Source: Gemmatimonadaceae bacterium
GTDB taxonomy: Bacteria; Gemmatimonadota; Gemmatimonadetes; Gemmatimonadales; Gemmatimonadaceae
Direction: 5' to 3'
Assembly (NCBI GenBank): GCA_040901985.1
Contig: JBBDYC010000019.1
Location: 79,770-143,769 of the forward strand
DNA: 64,000 nt
The translations under genes were made by a program, and so were the position numbers. Positions 1 through 10,100 of the stretch are shown here, piece after piece. Numbering within the stretch: position 1 is the stretch's first letter; the number at the start of each line of letters is the position of its first letter. The notes under the pieces were generated by a model that was given only the letters and a program-made list of their open reading frames with translations, did no database searches and had not been told where the DNA came from.

Positions 1-954
1 CCGACGCTCCCGCTGGTGAGTCGGCACGGGATGATGCCGGCCAATCCGACCCAGGATACGATGGGGCCGATGACGCGGACGGTGGCCGACGCCGCGCGCG
101 TGCTCGACGTGATTGCCGGCTATGACCCCAACGATCCCCTCACCGCCGAGTCGGTGGGGAGGATCCCGGCGAGTTACACGGCGGGACTTCGTGCCGACGC
201 GCTGCACGGCGCGCGCCTTGGCGTCCTCCGCCGCGCGCGCGACACGACCGCGCGCGACACGACGGGCCCCGACACCAGCGCAGCCGACTCCGCGGCGCGG
301 CGAGTGCGCGCGGAGTTCGACGACGTGCGCACGGTGATGGATCGCGCCATCGCCGACCTGCGCGCGGCCGGCGCGGTGGTCGTGGACTCGTTCGTCATCC
401 CGGAACTCTCGCAGCGTCGCGTCGGGAACAACTTCGAGACCGAGCAGGCGACTGACGCCTACCTCGCCGAGCATCCCAACGCGCCGGTCCGCACGCTCAA
501 GGAGATCCTGCTCGCGGGGACGGTGAACCCGTGGCGAGCGCGCGGACTGATCGGCGCGGTGGGGAAGACCACGAACGATCCCGGCTACCTGACGGTGCTC
601 CAGCAAAGGGAGTCGCTCCGCGTCGCGGTCCTCAAGGCGATGGCCGACGCGCGGCTCGACGCGATCGTCTACGCCACGTACGACGCGCCGCCGACGCCAA
701 TCGCCGCCGACGTGCTCACCAACCCGCGGCCAGCCGATGGCTATGGTCGCGGAGACAATCGGGGGCTCAGCCCGTCGCTGGGCTTCCCCGCGCTCACCGT
801 GCCGGCGGGGTTCACCAGCGACGCGCTGCCGGTCGGGCTTGAGTTGCTGGGTCGGCCGTACAGCGAGGCGTTGCTGCTCGCCTACGGCTTCGCGTTCGAG
901 CAGGCGACACGGCACCGGCGCCCGCCGCCGACCGCGCTGCCGCTGCGGCGCTAG
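1..954 (+). CDS. Amidase signature family protein, 5'-truncated by window edge
   Basis: Frame is open from base 1 ([10 protein letters not shown]...[28 protein letters not shown]); C-terminal [11 protein letters not shown]...[18 protein letters not shown] is typical of amidases. Confidence 0.9.
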   Translation, partial: PTLPLVSRHGMMPANPTQDTMGPMTRTVADAARVLDVIAGYDPNDPLTAESVGRIPASYTAGLRADALHGARLGVLRRARDTTARDTTGPDTSAADSAARRVRAEFDDVRTVMDRAIADLRAAGAVVVDSFVIPELSQRRVGNNFETEQATDAYLAEHPNAPVRTLKEILLAGTVNPWRARGLIGAVGKTTNDPGYLTVLQQRESLRVAVLKAMADARLDAIVYATYDAPPTPIAADVLTNPRPADGYGRGDNRGLSPSLGFPALTVPAGFTSDALPVGLELLGRPYSEALLLAYGFAFEQATRHRRPPPTALPLRR

Positions 955-969
955 CGACGCGCCCGGGAC

Positions 970-1959
970 TCAGCGCCCGCGCGCAAGGAGCAGCGCCGCC
1001 AGGGCCAAGGTGACCGCGAACGACGCCGCGGCGATGGCCCACGGCAGCCAGGCCGGCAGCCTCGCCATTGCCTCGCCGACTCCGGTGGCGGTTGCCGCCG
1101 ACGCTGGATCCAGCGCCCGCGCAATCTCGTGACCCGTCGCCGGACGGTCTGCCGGCCGCTTCTCGAGGCACTGCATCACCACGTTGACGAGGTGCGCCGG
1201 CGCGTCGGGGCGCCGGGGACCAATCGGGTCCGGAAGCTTCTGTGCGTGCGCGGCCATCACCACCTGCGGCGAGCGGTTGGCGAACGGCGGGTGGCCGGTG
1301 AGCATCTCATACGCCACCACGCCGAGCGCATAGAGGTCGGCGCGGTGGTCGAGGTCGGGGTCGCCCGCCGCCTGCTCCGGGGCGATGTAGGTCGGCGTGC
1401 CGAGACTGGTTCCCGGCATCGTGATTCGCGCGCTCTCGGTGGCGCTGCCTTCGACGGCAGCGCGTTGGAGCGCCTTCCCGATCCCGAAATCGAGCACCAC
1501 CGCCTGGCCGTGGAAGAACATCACGTTCTCGGGCTTGATGTCGCGGTGGGCGATCCCTTCGTCGTGCGCATACGCCAACGCGCGTGAGACCTCCTCGAGG
1601 ATGCGCAGGATCGTCGCGATCGGCATCGGGCGCTCGCGCGAGATCCGGTCGCGCAGCGACTCCCCGGTCACGAGCGGCATCGTGTAGTAGAGGTGCCGGC
1701 CGGCCTGGCCCGCCGAGAGGAGCGGCACGATGTGCGGATGCTGCAGTCGCGCCGCCAGCCCGATCTCGCGCTTGAACCGCTCGGCCGAGAGCGTCGCCGC
1801 GAGTTCCGGCGAGAGGACCTTGATCACGACCTGCCGACCGAGCGCGTTCTCGGTCGCCACGAAGACGCGCGACATCCCTCCGCGCGGGAGCTCACGGGTG
1901 ATGGTGTAGTCCGCGCCGAGGGCGGCTTGGACCTCGGATTGCAGCTGCTCGTTGCGCAT
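970..1959 (-). CDS. Hanks-type Ser/Thr protein kinase with C-terminal TM helix
   Basis: GGMSRVF, VVIKVL, HRDIKPEN, DFGIG, GTPTYIAPE, DLYALG; C-terminal hydrophobic stretch; start taken at ATG 1959 (MRNEQL). Confidence 0.93.
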   Translation of the reverse strand: MRNEQLQSEVQAALGADYTITRELPRGGMSRVFVATENALGRQVVIKVLSPELAATLSAERFKREIGLAARLQHPHIVPLLSAGQAGRHLYYTMPLVTGESLRDRISRERPMPIATILRILEEVSRALAYAHDEGIAHRDIKPENVMFFHGQAVVLDFGIGKALQRAAVEGSATESARITMPGTSLGTPTYIAPEQAAGDPDLDHRADLYALGVVAYEMLTGHPPFANRSPQVVMAAHAQKLPDPIGPRRPDAPAHLVNVVMQCLEKRPADRPATGHEIARALDPASAATATGVGEAMARLPAWLPWAIAAASFAVTLALAALLLARGR

Positions 1960-1994
1960 CGGGTCCCGTTGAGGTGGTGATCCTTCCAGACGTA

Positions 1995-2861
1995 TCAGCC
2001 GTCGTTCGGCATCGTCCGCCCGACGATGATCGTGATGTTGTCCGAGCCGCCGTCGTCGAGCGCATCCTGCAGCAGCGCCTCGCACACCTGCTTGGCGCTC
2101 GTCATCGCCCCCAACCGCTCGGCGATCTTCGCGTCGCTCACGTGCTTGGTGAGTCCGTCGCTGCACATCAGGTGCGCGATCCCCCACTCGGAGTCAAGCC
2201 GCGTCACCACCGGCGCCGCCTCGCCGCCGCCGAGCGCGCTCGAGAGCACGTGGGCCAGTCGGGTGCGCGAGGCGGCGGTCTGGGTCATCACGCCCTTGTC
2301 CACGAGATCCTGCGCGTACGTCTGGTCGCGCGACACCTGCGTCAGCGTGCCGTCGCGGTACATATAGTAGCGCGAGTCGCCCACCTGCAGGAGATAGTAG
2401 GTCGGCCAGACGCCCATATAGAGCGTCAGCGTCGTCGCCATCTTCCCGGGTGCTCCGTGCGACTCGGCCTTGGCGAGCACCGCCTCGTGGGCCTGCATCG
2501 CCGCGGCCACGAGCTCCTCCTCGAACCGCGCGGCGTCCACGCCGGTGCGGTAGTAGCAGTCCATGCTCTTGCTCACGTACTCCATTGCCGATCCGAGCGC
2601 GGTGGCGCTGGCCTCCTCACCCGCCTGGAGGCCGCCGACACCGTCGGCGATCATCGCCAGATAGGCGAGCCGTTCGTCGTTGAGCGGGATCTGCGGCGCC
2701 GCGAGGCTCGTCGCGAGGACCTGCACGCGCTTGTGGATGGACGCGATGAGGAACTGGTCTTGGTTGACCTTGCGGACCTTGCCGACGTGCGTGAGGCCGT
2801 GGACGTCAATCTCGTCGTCGCGTGGCTTGCGCGACGCCGGCGGGAACGGCGCCGGGGTCAC
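1995..2861 (-). CDS. PP2C/PPM-family protein phosphatase
   Basis: THVGKVRKVNQD, IADGVGG, ATTLT, VGDSR, CSDGL, DNITI motifs; start taken at GTG 2861. Confidence 0.92.
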   Translation of the reverse strand: MTPAPFPPASRKPRDDEIDVHGLTHVGKVRKVNQDQFLIASIHKRVQVLATSLAAPQIPLNDERLAYLAMIADGVGGLQAGEEASATALGSAMEYVSKSMDCYYRTGVDAARFEEELVAAAMQAHEAVLAKAESHGAPGKMATTLTLYMGVWPTYYLLQVGDSRYYMYRDGTLTQVSRDQTYAQDLVDKGVMTQTAASRTRLAHVLSSALGGGEAAPVVTRLDSEWGIAHLMCSDGLTKHVSDAKIAERLGAMTSAKQVCEALLQDALDDGGSDNITIIVGRTMPNDG

Positions 2862-2899
2862 GGTGCTCCGGGCTCGGCGGTCGGCACGCGCTCCCCAAC

Positions 2900-3547
2900 T
2901 CAGGTCGCGAAGCAGTAGAACAATCCGTTGCCGCCCGTCCCCTGCAGGTTCTGCTGGCTGCACCCGCGCGATCCGTGCGCCGAGTTCCACGAGGTCGGCC
3001 GCAGACCGCCGCCCTGCTTGTCGTGGTGGCCGACCAGCGCGCTCCCGGCGCCGTTGCTCGTCCAGTTGTCGCAGGTCGTGTCCGTGGTGTCCGGCGACAC
3101 CGTGCCGTCGGGCATCGCGCCGGTGAGGATGTCGTGCATATTCGGCGAGTCGCCGCGGCCGTTCACCATTTCGCCCTTCTCGTTGAGACTGCCCTCCTTG
3201 CCGAGACCGTTCGCCTCGCCGTGCAGTGCCTCGAGGTCCTGGGCGACCATCACTCCCTTGGCGTTGTACCAGGGGCCGGTGCCGATCCGGTCGCGTGCGT
3301 TCACCGAGCCCTGGCCGTCCTTGGCGACCGCGCTGAGGTACGCGCGCCAGGTGCGGCCGGTCGCCCCGACTCGCTCGGCGAGCAGCGCGCAGTGGCGATC
3401 GGCGCCGGCGAGGCCGCCGAGGTTGGCGCCGTCGCCGGGACCGGCGCTCGTGATGAAGAAATTCATTGTGGAAACCAGTGGGGCGGGAGTCGGCGCGCTC
3501 AGCACAAACGCGGCGGCGACGATGACGGCAGGGCGGACGTAGCGCAT
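2900..3547 (-). CDS. Secreted lectin/endostatin-like protein
   Basis: Signal peptide, then FFITS...NLGGLAGADRHC...WRAYLS...ARDRIGTGPWYN...HDILTG...GLFYCFA; GGAG SD upstream of ATG 3547. Confidence 0.75.
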   Translation of the reverse strand: MRYVRPAVIVAAAFVLSAPTPAPLVSTMNFFITSAGPGDGANLGGLAGADRHCALLAERVGATGRTWRAYLSAVAKDGQGSVNARDRIGTGPWYNAKGVMVAQDLEALHGEANGLGKEGSLNEKGEMVNGRGDSPNMHDILTGAMPDGTVSPDTTDTTCDNWTSNGAGSALVGHHDKQGGGLRPTSWNSAHGSRGCSQQNLQGTGGNGLFYCFAT

Positions 3548-3558
3548 GGTGGGGCTCC

Positions 3559-4128
3559 TCACTTGGCGGTGATACGTGCGGCGGCGCCCCGCTTCGAGGA
3601 GGCGGTGTTTGCCGACGCCTTCCGTGCCGGTGCCTTCCGGGCCGACGCCTTCCTTGCCGGCGACGCCTTCCGATTTCGCGGATCATACTGCGCGTAATGC
3701 GCGAGATGGTCCTTCACGCTCGAGCGGTCGAACGCCTCGCCGATCACGTCGAGCGCCAAGTCCTCGGCCCGCTTGAAGCGGATGCAGCACTTTCCCATAT
3801 CGAGCTTCTTTCCGGTCTTCGCCCACGCCTTGCGGAACCATTGCTCGTTCCGGGTCCCGTCGGCGTAGACGCTCATCAGGTAGAGCGAGAGATGGTGCTT
3901 CTGCGAGGCGAGGCAGGCGTAGGGCAGGGGTTGCCTGGGATCGCAGTGATACCCGGGCGAAAAGACCTTGTGCGGCACGTACCAGCCGATCATCCCGTAC
4001 TGCATTCCCTCCTCGAGCGCCGGGTCCATATGCTCGAGCACGACCTTGCGCACGGCTTCGACCGCGCCGCGTCGGTCGGGCGGGAGTTCGGCGAGATATG
4101 CCGACACCGTCTTGGCCTTGCTCTGCAT
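3559..4128 (-). CDS. DUF1801 (YdhG-like) protein with basic repeat tail
   Basis: MQSKAKTVSAYLAELPPDRR...EEGMQYGMIGW...LASQKHHLSLY...LDMGKCCIRFK. Confidence 0.85.
   Translation of the reverse strand: MQSKAKTVSAYLAELPPDRRGAVEAVRKVVLEHMDPALEEGMQYGMIGWYVPHKVFSPGYHCDPRQPLPYACLASQKHHLSLYLMSVYADGTRNEQWFRKAWAKTGKKLDMGKCCIRFKRAEDLALDVIGEAFDRSSVKDHLAHYAQYDPRNRKASPARKASARKAPARKASANTASSKRGAAARITAK
3611..3672 (-). repeat. Imperfect 15-bp coding tandem repeat (RKASP-ARKAS-ARKAP-ARKAS)
   Basis: GCCTTCC core recurs about every 15 nt in the DUF1801 3' end. Confidence 0.7.
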
Positions 4129-5243
4129 CAACGCCTCCGGAAGCGGGCCCGCTCGTGACCGCCGTGGGAGAGGACGAGGTCGCGGGCGTCGAGCCGGAAC
4201 CACCCTCCCTCAGCGAGAATCTGGCTGTATCGCCCCTCGCGCGCCATCACGGTCGAGTCCGCGCAGGCCAGTCGGGTCAGCGCGACCGGGCGCGGCACGA
4301 GGTCGAGCCCGCGCAGCACGGCGTGGCCGGTGAACCGGTTGCAGCCGGCGTTCCCGGTCATCGCTGCGTCGCCGAGCAGGAAACGGAGCGTCGGGCGCAC
4401 GGCGGCGGCGAGGTCGGGGAGCGGCACGCCGTCGAGCGCCGTCATCTCCCAGTCGCCAACGGCGAGCACGGCTCGCGTCCTGGCCGCGTCGCAGCGGGCC
4501 GTTGGTCCCGCCACGGTGTGCGAGTCCACAACAAAGGTCTCGAGCCGCGTGCCCTCCTCGGCGCCCGGGAGCACTTGGAGGTGGCCGCTGACATCCACGA
4601 CGATTGACGCGCCGTGGCCGAGTGCGTGCACACCGTGGGCGGCCTCGAGACGGAGATAGGCGCTGTCGCCCGTGACCGGGAACTGTCGTCCGCTGACGCA
4701 CTCGACGAGGTTCGCCGCATCCGCGTAGTAGCGGAAGGTGCCGCGGCCGTGGAACGCCGTCGCGAACGCCTCCGGTACGCTGATCCGTCGCAGGTCGCGC
4801 GCGGTGGTGCTGTCCATCGCCCGGCCGGAACTGTCGAGCGCGCGAAGGCGGAGTTGGCTCACGACGTCGAACCGCCGTGCGGGGTCGCCGCCTCCGTGCA
4901 GGATGAGCTGCGTGCCGCTGTCGGTGCGGAGGGTCCAGCGTCCGACCGCCATCGCCGGGCCCGGCTGCCGGCCCTTCCCGGCGTAGCGCTCCTGGGCGCG
5001 GTACGAGCCGTCGGGATGCAGGATCAGGACGAGGTCAATGCCGTCGCAGTCGTCGCACGGGATCCGGCCGGCAAAGGCGGCCGGACGGCCGAGCGCGGAG
5101 AGCGAATCTTCCTTGCCGACGCTGTGGAGCGGCGGTCCCGGCAGCGGCGAGGAGCCCTCGGCCCCGCTGCAGGCGAGACAGGCGATGACCGCCGCCGCGG
5201 CTGCCAGGCCGCGACGCCGGTCCAGCGATCGGCGAGCACTCAC
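4128..5243 (-). CDS. Lipoprotein with NlpE N-terminal (CxxC), NlpE C-terminal OB-like and META/HslJ domains
   Basis: Lipobox-like LAC; FAGRIPCDDCDGIDLVLILHPDGSY; GTFRYYADAA..VECVSG; GNAGCNRFTG...LTRLAC (META); start GTG 5243. Confidence 0.8.
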   Translation of the reverse strand: MSARRSLDRRRGLAAAAAVIACLACSGAEGSSPLPGPPLHSVGKEDSLSALGRPAAFAGRIPCDDCDGIDLVLILHPDGSYRAQERYAGKGRQPGPAMAVGRWTLRTDSGTQLILHGGGDPARRFDVVSQLRLRALDSSGRAMDSTTARDLRRISVPEAFATAFHGRGTFRYYADAANLVECVSGRQFPVTGDSAYLRLEAAHGVHALGHGASIVVDVSGHLQVLPGAEEGTRLETFVVDSHTVAGPTARCDAARTRAVLAVGDWEMTALDGVPLPDLAAAVRPTLRFLLGDAAMTGNAGCNRFTGHAVLRGLDLVPRPVALTRLACADSTVMAREGRYSQILAEGGWFRLDARDLVLSHGGHERARFRRR

Positions 5244-5253
5244 CGGCGAGCCC

Positions 5254-7083
5254 TCACCGGCCGGCGCGTTCGAGCCCGCGCAATGTCGCCGCGAGTTCGC
5301 GCATCCGACGCGCATCCGCCGCTCGCGCGGAGGCGGCGTCACGTTCCAACTGGTCGGCCACCCGACCGAACTGCCCGAGTGCCTCCCGCTGGGCGCGGCC
5401 GCTTCCCGACTCGGCGCGCGCGAGCATCGTGCGCGTCGCCGCGATGCGCGGCGCCGCCAACCCACTCGTCCGCTCCAACTGGTCGAGGTAGGCCCGTGCC
5501 ACCGGATAGGCCACCGGATGCGTGACCTGCGGCTGCAGTTGCGCGTTGAAGTCGCCGAACGCGACGAGCTTCGCCGCATCAATCTCGTTCTGCGAGAGCT
5601 CGGCGCTCGGCGCGAGCTCGAAGACATCAATGCCGCGCTCGATCTCGGCGCCGTAGATCTTCCCGTTGAACCAATAGACCGACCAGTATCCCCCCGTATG
5701 GAGCGTCGAGTCGCTCAGCGGGCCGCGGTCGAAGAACGCGATCTCGCGCGCGTTGGCAGGGTCGGTGAAGTCGAACATCGAGAGCCCGCCCTGATACCAC
5801 GCCTGCACCTTGATGTCGCGCCCTGGCACCGGAATGATGGACCCGTTGTGCGCCACGCAGTTCTCCATCGCCGTCTGTGGAACCGGGAGCTTGTAGTAGC
5901 CCTTGAGCTCGAGCTTGCGGTTCTCGAGCGAGAAGAACGCGTTGGCGCCCCAGGTCGGCGGGTCGGTCGCGCGGCAGCGCGCGCCGCGCCCGCCGCCCCA
6001 CTCGTCGGTGAAGATCACCGTCCGGCCATCGTTGCTGAAGGTCGCCGAGTGCCAGTAGGCAAAGTTGGGGTCGGTGACCTCGTCAATCCGGCGCGGGTTC
6101 ACCGGGTCGGAGATGTCGAGCAGGATCCCGTTCCCCGAGCAGGCGCCGGCGGCGAGGCCGATCGCCGGATACGCCGTGATGTCGTGGCACTGGTGCGTGC
6201 GCCGCGAGGTCTGCGTCCCCTCGCCGTGGTTTCCGCCGCGCCAGAGGCCGGCAAGGTTGCCGCTGTCGTCGGCGAAGATGCGCGGGGCGTTGACGATTCG
6301 CGCGTCCTGTGGCCGCTCGAGCGGCACCTGCACGACTTCGATCCGGAAGAGCGCGGTGTTGGGGTCATCCTCGGGCTCGGCGCCCGAGCAGCCCGGCAAT
6401 TCCGCACCGGGGCGCACCGAACTCGTGCCCGAGATGTACACGTAGATGTTTTCGGCGTCGCGGGGGTCGGTCACCAGCGTGTGCGTGTGCGAGCCGCGGC
6501 AGCTCTGCACCAGGGCGACCTGCCTGGGGTTGGCGAGGTCGCTGATGTCGAAGATCCGCACGCCGCGGAAGCGCTCGTTGCTCACCGGGTCGGCCACGCC
6601 CCCGGTTCCGCAGTCCACGCGGCCGCGCGTCTCTTGGGCCGACATGAAGACGAGGTTTCCGTACACCGAGACGTCGCCTTGGCCGCCCGGGCAGACCACC
6701 GAGAGCACGAGCGTCGGGTTCCGCGGGTCGGAGACGTCGAACGCCTGGAACCCGTGATAGTTGCCCTGGATGAGCAGGTTGCCCCTGAAGGCGAGGTCGG
6801 TGTTGGAGAAGCCGCCGTCGCCAACCTGGTTCGGATTGAAGAACCCTTCCGGACGCGGCACGCTCGCGAGCTTGGTAAGGCCACGGATTGCCTCGCCCGC
6901 ATCCATATAGCCGGCCTTGAGGCCGATACGGGGGTCGTTGGGGTCCCACTTGAAGGCGGGCTCGAGCTGGCGCGGCGGCGTCTCGGGCTCCTGCGCCGAC
7001 AGCTGCGGCGGCGTGACGGCGAGCGCCAACGCGGCGATGAGTGTCAACGGGACAACACCGAACGAGCTCGGGAATGCGGACAT
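5254..7083 (-). CDS. Secreted LVIVD-repeat (beta-propeller) protein
   Basis: Signal peptide; NTDLAF, CPGGQGDVSV, GVRIFDISD, CRGSHTHT, CHDIT, WHSATF, DEWGGG, NCVAHNG. Confidence 0.85.
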   Translation of the reverse strand: MSAFPSSFGVVPLTLIAALALAVTPPQLSAQEPETPPRQLEPAFKWDPNDPRIGLKAGYMDAGEAIRGLTKLASVPRPEGFFNPNQVGDGGFSNTDLAFRGNLLIQGNYHGFQAFDVSDPRNPTLVLSVVCPGGQGDVSVYGNLVFMSAQETRGRVDCGTGGVADPVSNERFRGVRIFDISDLANPRQVALVQSCRGSHTHTLVTDPRDAENIYVYISGTSSVRPGAELPGCSGAEPEDDPNTALFRIEVVQVPLERPQDARIVNAPRIFADDSGNLAGLWRGGNHGEGTQTSRRTHQCHDITAYPAIGLAAGACSGNGILLDISDPVNPRRIDEVTDPNFAYWHSATFSNDGRTVIFTDEWGGGRGARCRATDPPTWGANAFFSLENRKLELKGYYKLPVPQTAMENCVAHNGSIIPVPGRDIKVQAWYQGGLSMFDFTDPANAREIAFFDRGPLSDSTLHTGGYWSVYWFNGKIYGAEIERGIDVFELAPSAELSQNEIDAAKLVAFGDFNAQLQPQVTHPVAYPVARAYLDQLERTSGLAAPRIAATRTMLARAESGSGRAQREALGQFGRVADQLERDAASARAADARRMRELAATLRGLERAGR

Positions 7084-7122
7084 CAGTGACCTCTGGGGAA
7101 TGGCGTGGTGTGTCGTACGCGG

Positions 7123-10100
7123 TTACGGGCGGGCGGCGAGCATCAACCGCATCCGACTGATTTCCATCTGTTGATCGGCGTCCACGTCTGACGCGAACTG
7201 GTAGATATCGGACTGCTGGCCGCCGCCGATGCTGGCGAAGAGCTCCGCCACCATCCGCACGGCGCCGTCGTGATGCTTGATCATCCCGACGAGGAACGCC
7301 CTGTCGAAGTCGGCGTCGCGGGCTGCGGCAAGGGTGGCCATCTCGTCGCGGGTGAGCATCCCCGGCATCAGGGCGTCGTCGCCCATCGCGTGCCCGGCGT
7401 GCTCGCCCTCACCGGGGACCGGCTCGTGCCGCTGCCGGAGCCACGAGCGCATCAGGTTGATCTCATCCTGTTGGGAGAGCTCGATGCGCAGCGCGAGCAG
7501 GAGAATGTCGCGGCTCATCGTACGGTCACGGACGAGGGCGGTCATCGCCAGCGCCTGCTCGTGGTGGGCAATCATCCCCTGCATGAACGCGACGTCGGCG
7601 GCCGTGTGCGGCGGGCGCGCGAGCGCCACGGACTGCTCGGTGGTCAGCACCCGTCCCGGCTCGCCGGGGACGCCGGGCTGGACGGTGACGGCCGGCGTCG
7701 GGGCGGTCGGTGGAGACTCCCCGGGCACCACCCGTGCCGTGGCCGTCACTGGCGCCGGCCGCTTCACGTAGACGTCGAACCACGCGAACCACCGCGCCCA
7801 CATATCGAGGTCACTCTCGTACGTCGCGACGCTGTGGCCCTCGTAGTGGTACATATAGAGCGCCGCCGTCTTTCCCAGGCCCTGCAGCGCGGCCATCATC
7901 CGCGTTGATGCCAGCGGCGCGGTGCCGACGTTCTGGTCCTCGGTCGCGTGGTAGAGCAGCAACGCGCCGGCCAGCCGGTCGGCCCGGAGGAACGGCGACA
8001 TATCGAGGTAGGTCTCCCGCGCCTCGAAGAAGTTGCGGCGCTCGGTCTGGAATCCGAACGGCGTGAGCGTCCGGTTGTACATCCCGTCGCCGGCGATGCC
8101 GGCCTTGAAGAACGGCACCAGGGTCATCGCGTTCACGGTGCCGAACGCGCCATAGCTGTGCCCGCCGATGCCCATCCGGTCGCGGTCCACGAACCCCGAG
8201 TCCACCATCGCGTCGAGTACCGCGTCGAGGTTTTCCGGCAGGTCGCGCGTGAAGTTGTCGTTCATCCGCCCCGTGTCGCCGAAGATCGGGATGTCGGGAT
8301 TGATCAACGCGTAGCCCTGGCTCACCCAGAGCTGGATCGCACTCGCGGGGCGCAGGGCGGGCACGATCGGGAAGCGGTTGATGTTGGTCGAGTGCCGCGA
8401 GCGCGCATAGGTCTCGGCGCTCACATACTCACGCGGGTAGAACCAGAGGATTCCCGGCAGCCGCTCGCCCGGTTGCCAGCCGCGCGGGAGGGTGACCTCC
8501 ACCCAGATCACCGTGCCGTCGCGCGGCCGAGTGGCCGTCACGCGCCGGCGGATCGCGCCGGAGATTTCCGGGCCGGGGTCCACGGCGCGGGTGAGTTGCC
8601 GCTCAAGGCCGCTGGCCACCGTGCGGTGCCAGGCGTCTTCTATCGTTGTCGCCGACTGCCGCGTGAACACGAGCTCGGTGTAGTCGGGATCGAGCGGGGC
8701 CACGACTTCTTCATAGGCATCGGCACGGCTGTCGAAGATGCGGCTACGCTCCGCCGTCTCGATCGTCAGCCGGTCGGTGAACGGGCGCGGCGCGCGTCGG
8801 TGCCACTCGTCGCCGTACCCCCGCTCGCCGCTGACGAAGACGTGCTGGCCGTCGCGCGAGAGCAGGACCAGTGCCTGGCCGTTGGCGCCGGACGTGGTGG
8901 CGAGCGCGCCGCCCGTCCCGACGGTATCGGCCGGGGCGCTGCCGCCCCCGAAGCCGCCCCCGCCGCCGCCACCCCCGCCGCCGGGGATCGTGACGCCCCG
9001 TCCGAGCGGGTACTTCCGGCTCCGGTCGGTGGCACGGATTGCCGCGACCTGGCCACTGTCGTTCACGAAGATCGTCGCGCCGTCGGTGCCCCACGCCACA
9101 TTCGTGAGCCGGGCACTCCCGGAGACGATTGTCGCCGTGTCGGCGGGCCCGAAGGGCGCACGCCAATGCACGTAGCGCACGCCGCTCGCACGGCCGTTGT
9201 CTCCGACGATATTCTGCAGGTACACCAGACCGTCGCCCGCCGGGGGCCATTGGAGTGCGCGCCTGCTGGTGTCGGCTGGCGCCCCACCGCCACCGCCGGC
9301 CACCCCGCCGCCAAACTGCGGCGGTCCCTCGCGCAACGGCGTGGTGGCGAGCGTCGTCACGACGCGGCCGCCGAGGTCCCAGAGTTCCTGCACCGTGCCA
9401 AACGCGGAGGCCGGCACGAGGTACGAGAACGGCTCCACCACGCGCGTCACGAGGAGGTGACGGGCATCGGGCGACGCGTCCACCGCGCGGATCATTGCCG
9501 GCGCGCCAATCGTGCGCACCGAGCGGCCGCGCGCGTCAAGCAGCGCCAGTTGGCCGGTCGTGTGATACCGGAACAGCGCCGCGTCGTGCGGATCCTCGAG
9601 CAGGCTGGCGTGCACGCGCTGCGGCTTGGCGCGACCGTCGCTGATCCGGACCTGCGGGCCATCCTCGATGCCGTCGGGGCCGTGCGTCGGCGCGGCGCCG
9701 CGGCCGGCCGGCACCAGCACCGCCACCAGCGACTGTCCGTCCGCGGTGAACCGCACCTCGGTGACCAGCGTGGCGAGCAACGGCGTCCGCGTGACCTGCG
9801 TCGAGCGCCCCGACGCGACGTCGGCCACGAAGACGTGGGAGGCGTTGTCGAAGTTGGCGATGTAGGCAAGTCGCGCGCCGTCCGGCGACCAGACCGGATC
9901 GGAGATCGTCGCGCCGGCGGGCGTCTGGATCACACGCGTGGCACCCGTGCGCGGGTCGGCGAGTTGGAGACCGCTCTTCGGCGTCGTGGAAAGGGAGCGC
10001 GCGCGGCTGGCCCGCTGGTCCACCTGCACGCCGGCCAGGTAGATGTGCGGCCGGCCGTAGGCGCGGATGCTCCCGCGCTCCGGTCCAGTCAGCCGCACCG

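Noticed and set aside
1995..3686. 563-aa ORF suggesting a long N-terminal extension on the PP2C
   Set aside because: The extension overlaps the lectin-like gene in another frame and is low-complexity; the true start is near 2861
8935..8990. G/C-run region in the S9 gene as a frameshift or phase-variation site
   Set aside because: In-frame poly-Gly linker with mixed codons; the frame is intact
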